Part shown: positions 40,150 through 46,885 of the stretch, one piece after another
Position numbering within the stretch: position 1 is the stretch's first letter
How the letters are laid out: each line of letters begins with the position of its first letter
Assembly: GCA_902613615.1 (NCBI GenBank)
Contig: CACMHQ010000003.1
Span: forward strand, 128,115 to 192,114
Length of the DNA: 64,000 nucleotides
Reading direction: 5' to 3'
From: an uncultured Candidatus Actinomarina sp.
GTDB taxonomy: Bacteria > Actinomycetota > Acidimicrobiia > Actinomarinales > Actinomarinaceae
The notes under the pieces: generated by a model
What the model was told of the DNA's origin: nothing
The model's database searches: none
What the model saw: the letters and a program-made list of their open reading frames with translations, nothing else
Position numbers and translations under genes: made by a program

Positions 40150-40653
40150 TTAGTATTTAAAAATTTTCTCAAAATTATTATGTATCCATAGCCTATACGA
40201 AGATCCCACATCCATAATTTGATCAGATAACGATTCTTTTAAAATTTTATCTAAAAAAAACACGGGTAGGAAAATATAAAAAAACCAAAATGGTATTCCC
40301 ATCATAAAGTAAATCATTGATACAGTTTTAGAAAAACTTCCAATTAACACAAGTACTAATATCCAAAAAAAATAAAAAAAGTACCCATTCCAATCATATT
40401 CTCGCTCCAGTTTCCAATCTCTGTAGAGCTCATATAGAGGAACAAGAATTGTAATTGGTAACAGTAAACTAAGTCTATCTAACCTACTCTCGTTTGGGTC
40501 CATTTCATATAAAGTATCTCTAGAGATAATTTCTTGAAGTTCTGCTTCAAGTTTTTTTTCTTTGTCAGTTAAGGGGGTTTGTTCCTTTTTTTGCTGAAGT
40601 TTGTAAATATTGCGAACAGCTTTATCGTGCTGGTGTTTATTGATCTTTTTCAT
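40150..40653 (-). CDS. Membrane protein with a charged N-terminal coiled region; sole ORF of the mini-island
   Basis: 167 aa. The N-terminus is K/E-rich (KLQQKKEQTPLTDKEKKLEAELQE), followed by 3 hydrophobic helices. No motif recognised. Confidence 0.5.
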   Translation of the reverse strand: MKKINKHQHDKAVRNIYKLQQKKEQTPLTDKEKKLEAELQEIISRDTLYEMDPNESRLDRLSLLLPITILVPLYELYRDWKLEREYDWNGYFFYFFWILVLVLIGSFSKTVSMIYFMMGIPFWFFYIFLPVFFLDKILKESLSDQIMDVGSSYRLWIHNNFEKIFKY

Positions 40654-40682
40654 ATCAAAATTTTACAAAAATTAACATAGAT

Positions 40683-40703
40683 GTGCGGTTTTTGTGCGGT
40701 TTT
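40683..40703 (+). repeat. GTGCGGTTTTTGTGCGGTTTT motif (mini-island, att-proximal arm)
   Basis: Second exact copy, ending 36 bp before att remnant 1. Confidence 0.5.
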
Positions 40704-40739
40704 TTGTATTTTAGTAGGGTAGATTTCTGAAAAACCCTT

Positions 40740-40787
40740 GTGGGCGCTACAGGATTTGAACCTGTGACTTCTTCCTTGTAAGGTAAG
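40740..40787 (-). repeat. att remnant 1 (distal att site of the 6-kb element): a 48-bp copy of the tRNA-Val 3' half (1 mismatch)
   Basis: Same 48-mer with G>T at 40784. Flanks are TTCTGAAAAACCCTTG (left) and AACCATTA (right). Confidence 0.9.
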
Positions 40788-40794
40788 AACCATT

Positions 40795-41075
40795 ATATAT
40801 GGGGGTATATGGTTACCTCTGAAAACTTGTACTCCACTTGTGGAAACCCTATCTGAAAACCTACGAATACCAATGACAACCCCCCATTATTATGAAGTTG
40901 CAGGAGTGGGGGAAAAGTGGGGGTGCAATATCTATGACCCTCAGGTGTCAATGTCGGGGGGTGCTATATATATTATGTAAGGCGCTCGGAAATTACTGGT
41001 AAATCTGTACTACCTATTGCATATGTCAATTTAGTGGGGGCGTATATGTATATGTAACCCCTCAGTAAATGTGCG
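40795..41075. repeat. G-tract/TATAT iteron-like array in the ORF-free arm of the element
   Basis: Five G5-6 (or C6) tracts lie within about 250 bp: 40801-40805, 40880-40885 (C-run), 40906-40923, 40956-40961 and 41034-40. Most are followed by TATAT-type sequence. CCCTCAG and TCTGAAAAC are also repeated here. Confidence 0.5.
40906..40923 (+). repeat. Putative arm-type integrase site GTGGGGGAAAAGTGGGGG (distal arm)
   Basis: An exact 18-mer is also present at 46635-46652 in the same orientation. It has an internal 11-bp direct repeat of GTGGGGG. Confidence 0.55.
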
Positions 41076-41728
41076 GAACATTATTCTTAAGTTAGAAAAG
41101 AAAGGTGGTGTTTAATGGCGTGTCCAGAATGCGGATGTGAAGATTAAAGTAGGGCGCATTAATAATCGCTAACTGTTGAATTAGTACGATAGGGTTAAGG
41201 TACTAATGAGACGCGAAATGACCTTTGTCATTTCATCTTACACACTAAATAGCTAGGTAAAACAAGCTAAACATCCATTACAACTGACAGATTAGATTTT
41301 AAATTCGTCTCAAAAGTCGTTTAAGCAAGTCGTTTTTAATACTGAACACAGGACAAATACAGTAGTGGACAAATGACAATTCAGTAAGTTTTGTATGCGG
41401 TAACCTACGACTAACTCTGAAATATCGTATCAGATTGCCCTCCGCTAGTGGAACATAAATCACTACATCAAATGACAAGATAGGGGCATATCAAATCAGA
41501 ACATTAAAAAACTTCTACAAATTTGGGCAGAAAAAAAATCAGTAAAGGTATTTGGGGTGGAAAGCCTATAAACACTAGAAAAAACCACCCGCCCTACGCT
41601 TTTTTACCTAAGTTTCAGCAAGTTATAGAACAATATATGCAATTATTCTTCTTCTTCTGCAACATACTTAAGTTGTTTGGAAACAAGCTCAAGAACTTCC
41701 AATGGTTCTTTGGGATAATTGTTATTCA

Positions 41729-41914
41729 TTATTCTTCTTCCCTAAGAGTATTGGCTTTTACTTTACTGATGTCAGATACGACCTTGATTAAAGACTGATT
41801 AAGTTCTTCATCTTGATAAGGTTTATTATCTTCATTCACTTGTTGCTGAGCATTTAAGACAGTCTCAAACATCTTCGTGAATACAGTATTAATTCGTTCT
41901 TTTCGTTCACTCAT
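41729..41914 (-). CDS. Small acidic hypothetical protein (61 aa)
   Basis: The ATG at 41914 overlaps the stop of the upstream gene by 8 nt (ATGAGTGA), which suggests translational coupling. The ORF track's longer version (to 42034) would overlap 128 nt of the upstream CDS. Confidence 0.35.
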   Translation of the reverse strand: MSERKERINTVFTKMFETVLNAQQQVNEDNKPYQDEELNQSLIKVVSDISKVKANTLREEE

Positions 41915-42497
41915 ATGGGTAATCCTTTCCCAATTCTTTCTTACATATCTCAACTTTTTGTTCGTGGGAATAAGCGTCAAGGTCAATGTCTTTTCCTTTC
42001 GCATACTCTTGGTCAAACCAAACTTCAATAGCAAAGAATTGATTGCTTTTAATATCTTCTTCTGTTTGTTTTTCAGGCAAGAACCTAGTCTCTAGGTCAA
42101 GTTCCATATCATCAATCATATGGTCAGGGACAATCTCAGGCTTACTTGAATTGAGTTGAAAGTTATGAGGGTCATATCTTTCTAACATCCACTTAGCTGA
42201 AGATACATTCCTGTTATTGATTGCGTCATCATTGATTATCTCTATGAGTTGACCTTTGTACTTACTCATTGCTCTGTTTGTTTGATAGTAGAAATTAATA
42301 AACACCTGCTCTTCATCTTCCATTCCAAGCAATGTCCAACGCCTAAATGTTTTAGGACTAATTCCAACACGCATACAAGCGTCAGGTAATGGAGCTCCCT
42401 GTTCCAAGAACTCGCAAAGCTTATCCAAATCTACTTCATTAATCTTTGATGGACGCCCTATTGCTAGGGCTCCATCTTGTCTTTTATCTTTTTTCAA
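41907..42497 (-). CDS. Small-terminase-like / HTH DNA-binding protein
   Basis: The N-terminus GRPSKINEVDLDKLCEFLEQGAPLPDACMRVGISPKTFRRW and the later block SSAKWMLERYDPHNF follow the pattern seen in phage small terminase subunits (GRP.K...G.s...a....gis..T...W ... a.W.LER..P..f). Confidence 0.45.
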   Translation of the reverse strand: MKKDKRQDGALAIGRPSKINEVDLDKLCEFLEQGAPLPDACMRVGISPKTFRRWTLLGMEDEEQVFINFYYQTNRAMSKYKGQLIEIINDDAINNRNVSSAKWMLERYDPHNFQLNSSKPEIVPDHMIDDMELDLETRFLPEKQTEEDIKSNQFFAIEVWFDQEYAKGKDIDLDAYSHEQKVEICKKELGKDYPYE

Positions 42498-43678
42498 AAT
42501 AGTTCCACCTCTTCTTGTTTATATTCAGGCGGTTCTTCTTCAGGTAGGTACTTAGCAAATGCGTCCAACATATCGTTGAAGTCATAGCCTCGTTTATTAT
42601 CAGTACCAATTCGCATTTGTTTTGGATATATTTCATATCTCTTTAATCCATTAGCTACTTGGTTCTGATTAATACCATTACCTTTGTTCCAATTAACGAA
42701 ACGATTTTCCAAGAAGTCATTGACCTTAACTGCAAGGTCGTTAGAAAAGATTTTGTCTGTTGTTTGTTCACGCATAATTGTTCTGCACAACATTAACAAT
42801 TCAATCTGCCAACTTTGGTCATTGTCTATATAGTTCTTAGAAGTTATTTCATTAATGGCGTTCAATGTATCAAGAGCCCAATCTAAATTACCCATAGTTG
42901 CAATGGTTAAAAGCGGTGCGCCAATATCTATTGCTCTAGAGTTTGTGTTGGTAACCCTAAGTATTCTGATACATTTTACATAGTCCTCTATTGTCCAAAA
43001 TGGATTGTTCTCTTCATCAACTTCATCTTTAAATTGATTGAGTTGTAAGGTAACTCCATATTCAAACTGTTCTGATATTTCAGGTAGGTCTAAATTAAAC
43101 ATCTCTATTTCTTGAACTGTTGCTCTTTGTAACCCAATAGGAAAACTTCTTTTTCTTAAAGCGTCACTAATGGCGTCTTGTCCAATACCACAAATAACTT
43201 TGGGGCAGTAAACATTAAACCACTTGGGAGTAAATGACGCTCCAACAAGCTTTGGAACTTTAGCTCCACGCTTACTGAAACCTACATTTAAAACACCCAT
43301 AAGCTCAGGTCTATTTTCAACATCTAATTTATCAATCTCATCAAACATCATTGTTCCCTCATTGCTATCAATAATTCTGTAGATAGCATTGGTAGGCATA
43401 GTCATATCCAATGGATTGAATACAAGTTCTTTAAGGACATCTAACAAAGTAGATTTTCCACATTCAGGCTCAGGGCTATAGATGTGGATGTACCCACTAA
43501 AGTTGAACTGCTTATAAAAGTATGTGGACACCACATAATTGGCTAACAATATAGCCTCGTTGTCACTCTGAAAGCAGATGAAAGTTTTAAGTAGTCTGAC
43601 AACAGTATCAAAAATATTTTGAAACTCCGCATTATCTTTGACTACACTTTCCAAAGCGTCTTCGTATGTAGTGTCCAT
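42494..43678 (-). CDS. P-loop NTPase, putative replication (primase-associated / SF3-helicase-like) protein
   Basis: Walker A-like PEPECGKSTLL and Walker B MMFDEIDKL, followed by LMGVLNVGFSKRG. The start at 43678 (MDTTYEDA) gives a TAATG junction with the upstream ORF; the ORF track starts at 43705. Confidence 0.5.
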   Translation of the reverse strand: MDTTYEDALESVVKDNAEFQNIFDTVVRLLKTFICFQSDNEAILLANYVVSTYFYKQFNFSGYIHIYSPEPECGKSTLLDVLKELVFNPLDMTMPTNAIYRIIDSNEGTMMFDEIDKLDVENRPELMGVLNVGFSKRGAKVPKLVGASFTPKWFNVYCPKVICGIGQDAISDALRKRSFPIGLQRATVQEIEMFNLDLPEISEQFEYGVTLQLNQFKDEVDEENNPFWTIEDYVKCIRILRVTNTNSRAIDIGAPLLTIATMGNLDWALDTLNAINEITSKNYIDNDQSWQIELLMLCRTIMREQTTDKIFSNDLAVKVNDFLENRFVNWNKGNGINQNQVANGLKRYEIYPKQMRIGTDNKRGYDFNDMLDAFAKYLPEEEPPEYKQEEVELF

Positions 43679-43872
43679 TATCCATACCTCGCATAATCTC
43701 GCCATTCCATACGACCTGTAACTGATATAACTTTTTTACGATTACATTCACAAGAACTAGTGCAGTAGTGAAGTTCACAGGTGCATAGTTCCCAAGCGTT
43801 ACAAGTGTTACAGTAAACATAAGTTCCCTCTGTATGTCGTGGCGGTATGTTATACTTCAATTGGAACCTCAT
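43678..43872 (-). CDS. Small Cys-rich (zinc-finger-like) protein
   Basis: YCNTCNAWELCTCELHYCTSSCEC has 8 Cys in 24 residues. It is translationally coupled to the P-loop gene. The start is uncertain (43872 or 43911). Confidence 0.35.
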   Translation of the reverse strand: MRFQLKYNIPPRHTEGTYVYCNTCNAWELCTCELHYCTSSCECNRKKVISVTGRMEWRDYARYG

Positions 43873-44161
43873 TATCAGGGGTTTTTCTAGGAAAATTACT
43901 AACCATACCAAAGGTCTTTCCTAGTTGATGTTCTTCTAACCAAACTTTGAACCAACATTCAAATGTTTTTACTCTTCCAAATAACTTAAAGAATGTCGGT
44001 AAGTTCCCTGCAGTCCTCTTTTCTCTGAGCGTACTTTCAGGAACATTCCACTTATCTGACACCTGCTTTAGTGTCAAACAAGCACAATCACGAACTATAT
44101 GTTTACAGTTCTGATGATGTTGAAGATAATCGTTATTCATCTTCCTCTTGGTAGTTCTCAA
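43850..44161 (-). CDS. Excisionase/AlpA-like (MerR-type HTH) DNA-binding protein
   Basis: LTLKQVSDKWNVPESTLREKRTAGNLPTFFKLFGRVKTF fits the HTH_17/excisionase pattern (lt..e.a..l.vs..Tl.....G.lP....g+...f). Confidence 0.5.
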   Translation of the reverse strand: MRTTKRKMNNDYLQHHQNCKHIVRDCACLTLKQVSDKWNVPESTLREKRTAGNLPTFFKLFGRVKTFECWFKVWLEEHQLGKTFGMVSNFPRKTPDNEVPIEV

Positions 44162-44420
44162 AGAAATCTTTCCACTCAGTTAACCCCAAATAAATATTGT
44201 GAAGAGTTGATTTATTCGGATGTTGAGCGCCTCTGAATATCCTTGAGATAGTAGCCTCGCCAAGTCCTATAGAGTAACCAAGTCTTGATTGAGTTAAGCC
44301 AAAGTTCTCTTTAAGATACTCAAACTCTTCAACCAAATCTGCAATGGTTAGCTCGGGTAGAACCCACATCATAGGCATATAGTTTTCAGATAACTGAACT
44401 TCTCTTGTCTTAAGAGCCAT
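44133..44420 (-). CDS. XRE-family HTH transcriptional regulator (cI/Cro-like)
   Basis: GLTQSRLGYSIGLGEATISRIFRG is a canonical HTH_3 motif. It is the first gene of the leftward operon and faces a divergent intergenic region. Confidence 0.65.
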   Translation of the reverse strand: MALKTREVQLSENYMPMMWVLPELTIADLVEEFEYLKENFGLTQSRLGYSIGLGEATISRIFRGAQHPNKSTLHNIYLGLTEWKDFFENYQEEDE

Positions 44421-44464
44421 TCTTACCTAGCTTTCTGACTGCTATTGCTAATAAATAGATGGTT

Positions 44465-44535
44465 TTGTCTTATCAGCAGTCTTTTACTAAGACAACCACT
44501 ATATGTAGTATATCACATCAAATCGTATTGTCTTG
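44465..44535. promoter_or_regulatory. Putative operator set in the divergent control region of the element
   Basis: Inverted repeat TTGTCTTA (44465-72) / TAAGACAA (44488-95), plus a third half-site TTGTCTTG (44528-35). All lie between the divergently transcribed XRE gene and the 262-aa ORF. Confidence 0.4.
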
Positions 44536-44581
44536 CTGAAAACACTTGATTACGACAAAAGATGTGTTAATCTATGATTAG

Positions 44582-45370
44582 ATGAAAGTTAATAAAATTG
44601 TTACCAATACTGATGGGCAATGTACTGTTGCTGAAGTCATCTTTGAACCTAGAGATAAAATAGGAAATGAAACTGTTGATGACTTTCTTCAATACTCTGT
44701 AACTCTTGAGCTCAACCAAGCCACAAAGATTGTAAGTTACAAAGCTCATTCAAGTGGTGTTGTTGCTAGTGGTATTAACTACATTCCAAAAGATGTAACA
44801 AAATTTAGTCCTACCCAACTCTTTAATGCAGGGTGGTCTTACATTATGAAAGCTAAAGGGTTTGAAAGTTGGCAACCTCAAATGATTGAAGAACTTGAAA
44901 CCTACATCAAAGAGGCAACCAAGAACAAGAAATCATTTTCAATGAAAGGCGATACGAACAAAGCTATCTTCGTTGCAACCTACCTTTATTATTTAAATGC
45001 CATACCTACTGCTATTGAAAGTAGGCACGAAGAAATGTGCAACAAACTCAATATGTCTAGTGGTCAGTTGTCTAAAAATCTAAGTAGAGTTTCTGTTCCT
45101 ATTGAAGATATGCAGAAATTTTCTAAGAAGAACAAAGTCAATGTATTCACTTCCCTTGACAAGATGACTGTTACTGACAAAGATGTTTACTTAATGAAAC
45201 ATTCTGACAGAAATATTTTAGGTGGTTACATAACTCAGTACGCACAACAGTTAGTTGAAAAACAATTGTCACATAAATATCAAGAAATTGGAATGGATTA
45301 CACAGTTGCTTTAGACCCTAACTACCTTATGGCAGTTGTTGGGGATAGTAGGAAAGTAGATAAGAAGTGA
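44582..45370 (+). CDS. Hypothetical protein (262 aa), co-transcribed with the integrase
   Basis: A long ORF whose composition matches the rest of the element. Its stop overlaps the integrase GTG start. No motif recognised. Confidence 0.5.
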   Translation: MKVNKIVTNTDGQCTVAEVIFEPRDKIGNETVDDFLQYSVTLELNQATKIVSYKAHSSGVVASGINYIPKDVTKFSPTQLFNAGWSYIMKAKGFESWQPQMIEELETYIKEATKNKKSFSMKGDTNKAIFVATYLYYLNAIPTAIESRHEEMCNKLNMSSGQLSKNLSRVSVPIEDMQKFSKKNKVNVFTSLDKMTVTDKDVYLMKHSDRNILGGYITQYAQQLVEKQLSHKYQEIGMDYTVALDPNYLMAVVGDSRKVDKK

Positions 45371-46467
45371 AACCTATCAAGTGCTCTTCCTCAAAGTGTT
45401 CTAAGAAATGTAAGTATGTAGTTCGCTACAAAGATAGAGCAGGAAAGGTTAAAGAAAAACATTTCCATAGCTACAAGTTAGCTAATCAGTTTGTTACTGA
45501 AGAGACTATCAGACAGGAAACAGGATTACTTTCTTCTGAACAGTCACAGAAAATGACCTTGAATGAATTTATTACTACAGTTCCTTTGACTAAAGGTAAT
45601 GAAACAACTCAAGCAGTTACACAACAGTTATACGACAAACATATCAAAGATACATTAGGTAGTTACAAGCTCAGAGATATATCAAGATTAGATTGTCAAA
45701 AGTTTATGGATGAAGACCTTGCGGGTTACTCGCCAACAAGTAAGCAAAAGATTAAAAGAATTCTTGATACTGCTTTTAAATATGCGTCTAGTGATGGCTT
45801 TATTGTTAGGAACCCTGCTGAAAATGTAATCATTGAGGGCGAAATGAGGGAAAGGGAACCTCAACCATTAACTCCAACACAACTAACTGAATTTATTTCT
45901 TTATGGGATGAAGATGAATACTTATCTGAATATTCAAATGTCGTAGTTGCTTTGGCTTACACAGGTATGCGACCACAAGAAATGGGAGCTTTGACTTGGG
46001 ATGATGTTGACTTAACTGAACGAACCTTAGATTTAAATAAAGTAATTAAGAAAGACCCTAAGGGTAGTCAGTTTGATAGTCCATTAATGAAATCTAAATC
46101 TGCAAGTAGGGTGTTAGCTATTGATGATGAACTACTAGCTAGGTTACGCTTTAGAAAATCAACGAACCCTAATGACAAGTATGTATTCTCTAGTTCTCTT
46201 GGACATCAAATAAATCTAAATAACTTTAGAGGAAGATACTTCAAGAAAGCAGTACTGTTGACTGACTTACCTATTGAAAGACCATACGATTTACGCCATA
46301 CATTTAGCGCATTGATGTGGTCTAGAAATGTACCTTTAGGAAAATTATCAAGAATGATGGGTCACAGTAGTGTCAATGTCACTCAACAATGGTATGGCAA
46401 TTGGTATCGTGAGGCAGACTTTTCAGGTATTGAAACACTAGAACAATGGAAAGAACAACAAGCCTAA
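45367..46467 (+). CDS. int: Tyrosine recombinase (phage-type integrase) with an N-terminal arm-binding (AP2-like) domain
   Basis: The C-terminal catalytic region YDLRHTFSALMW...MGHSSVNVTQQWYGNWY carries the R..H-x-x-R..H..Y pattern. The N-terminus YVVRYKDRAGKVKEKHFHSYKLANQF resembles an arm-type DNA-binding domain. GTG start. The gene lies 240 bp from the tRNA. Confidence 0.85.
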   Translation: MKPIKCSSSKCSKKCKYVVRYKDRAGKVKEKHFHSYKLANQFVTEETIRQETGLLSSEQSQKMTLNEFITTVPLTKGNETTQAVTQQLYDKHIKDTLGSYKLRDISRLDCQKFMDEDLAGYSPTSKQKIKRILDTAFKYASSDGFIVRNPAENVIIEGEMREREPQPLTPTQLTEFISLWDEDEYLSEYSNVVVALAYTGMRPQEMGALTWDDVDLTERTLDLNKVIKKDPKGSQFDSPLMKSKSASRVLAIDDELLARLRFRKSTNPNDKYVFSSSLGHQINLNNFRGRYFKKAVLLTDLPIERPYDLRHTFSALMWSRNVPLGKLSRMMGHSSVNVTQQWYGNWYREADFSGIETLEQWKEQQA

Positions 46468-46634
46468 CTTTTACCTAACCTTTGTCTGACCTCTTACGAA
46501 TAATTAATGTTTAGTTTGTAACACTTGTTTAACCCTGTGTAGATATGCACCTACAAAAATGTCTTTATAGCGATATACAGTTAAGACTTTTGTCTTCGTA
46601 AATGACAACATTAAGACATAATTCTTTCAAAAAA

Positions 46635-46652
46635 GTGGGGGAAAAGTGGGGG
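46635..46652 (+). repeat. Putative arm-type integrase site GTGGGGGAAAAGTGGGGG (tRNA-proximal arm)
   Basis: An exact copy of 40906-40923, located 58 bp from the att core in the tRNA. Confidence 0.55.
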
Positions 46653-46708
46653 AAACGACAAATTTATTATTATATGACAAGAACATTCGGTTAAAAGCCT
46701 ACAAACAT

Positions 46709-46785
46709 TGGTGGGCGCTACAGGATTTGAACCTGTGACTTCTTCCTTGTAAGGGAAGCGCTCTGCCGGACTGAGCTAAGCGCCC
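46709..46785 (-). tRNA. tRNA-Val (anticodon UAC), CCA encoded
   Basis: The minus-strand sequence GGGCGCTTAGCTCAGTCCGGCAGAGCGCTTCCCTTACAAGGAAGAAGTCACAGGTTCAAATCCTGTAGCGCCCACCA folds by hand into a full cloverleaf: 7-bp acceptor, GCTC/GAGC D stem, CTTCC/GGAAG anticodon stem with loop CTTACAA, and ACAGG/CCTGT T stem with TTCAAAT loop. Confidence 0.93.
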
Positions 46786-46885
46786 TGAGTAAAATAATAT
46801 TAACAAGATTTTTGAGTATTGAACATTAAATTATCTAATTTAAGGTGATGATTTTTATGTGACTTGGTGTTTATAATCTTATTTA

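Larger units (their letters stand above)
40740..46758 (-). mobile_element. About 6-kb integrative element at tRNA-Val with phage-satellite-like (PICI/tycheposon-like) gene content
   Basis: It is bounded by direct 48-bp att cores, and the integrase gene abuts the tRNA. Gene content: XRE plus excisionase-like HTHs, a P-loop replication-type protein, a small-terminase-like HTH protein, and no capsid/portal/tail genes. It is visibly less AT-rich than the flanks. GTGGGGGAAAAGTGGGGG occurs near both ends. Confidence 0.75.

Noticed and set aside
37538-40787. Whether the three tRNA-like repeats are tRNA genes or tRNA pseudogenes.
   Set aside because: Each contains only the 3' portion (anticodon stem to discriminator). 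The acceptor 5' strand and the D arm are absent and no CCA follows. They are att remnants, not tRNAs.
41523-41798. A 91-aa plus-strand ORF with a TTG start in the element's ORF-free arm.
   Set aside because: It has a non-ATG start without an RBS and a hydrophobic, low-complexity product. It runs antisense into the 61-aa gene. It is most likely spurious.
43632-43820. An alternative-frame 62-aa ORF overlapping the Cys-rich ORF and the start of the P-loop gene.
   Set aside because: It overlaps two better-supported frames, has no motif and shows no coupling geometry. It is kept only as a caveat for the Cys-rich ORF call.
44567-44749. A 60-aa minus-strand ORF overlapping the 5' end of the 262-aa gene.
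   Set aside because: It is antisense to a longer ORF and would start inside the operator region without an RBS. It is likely spurious.
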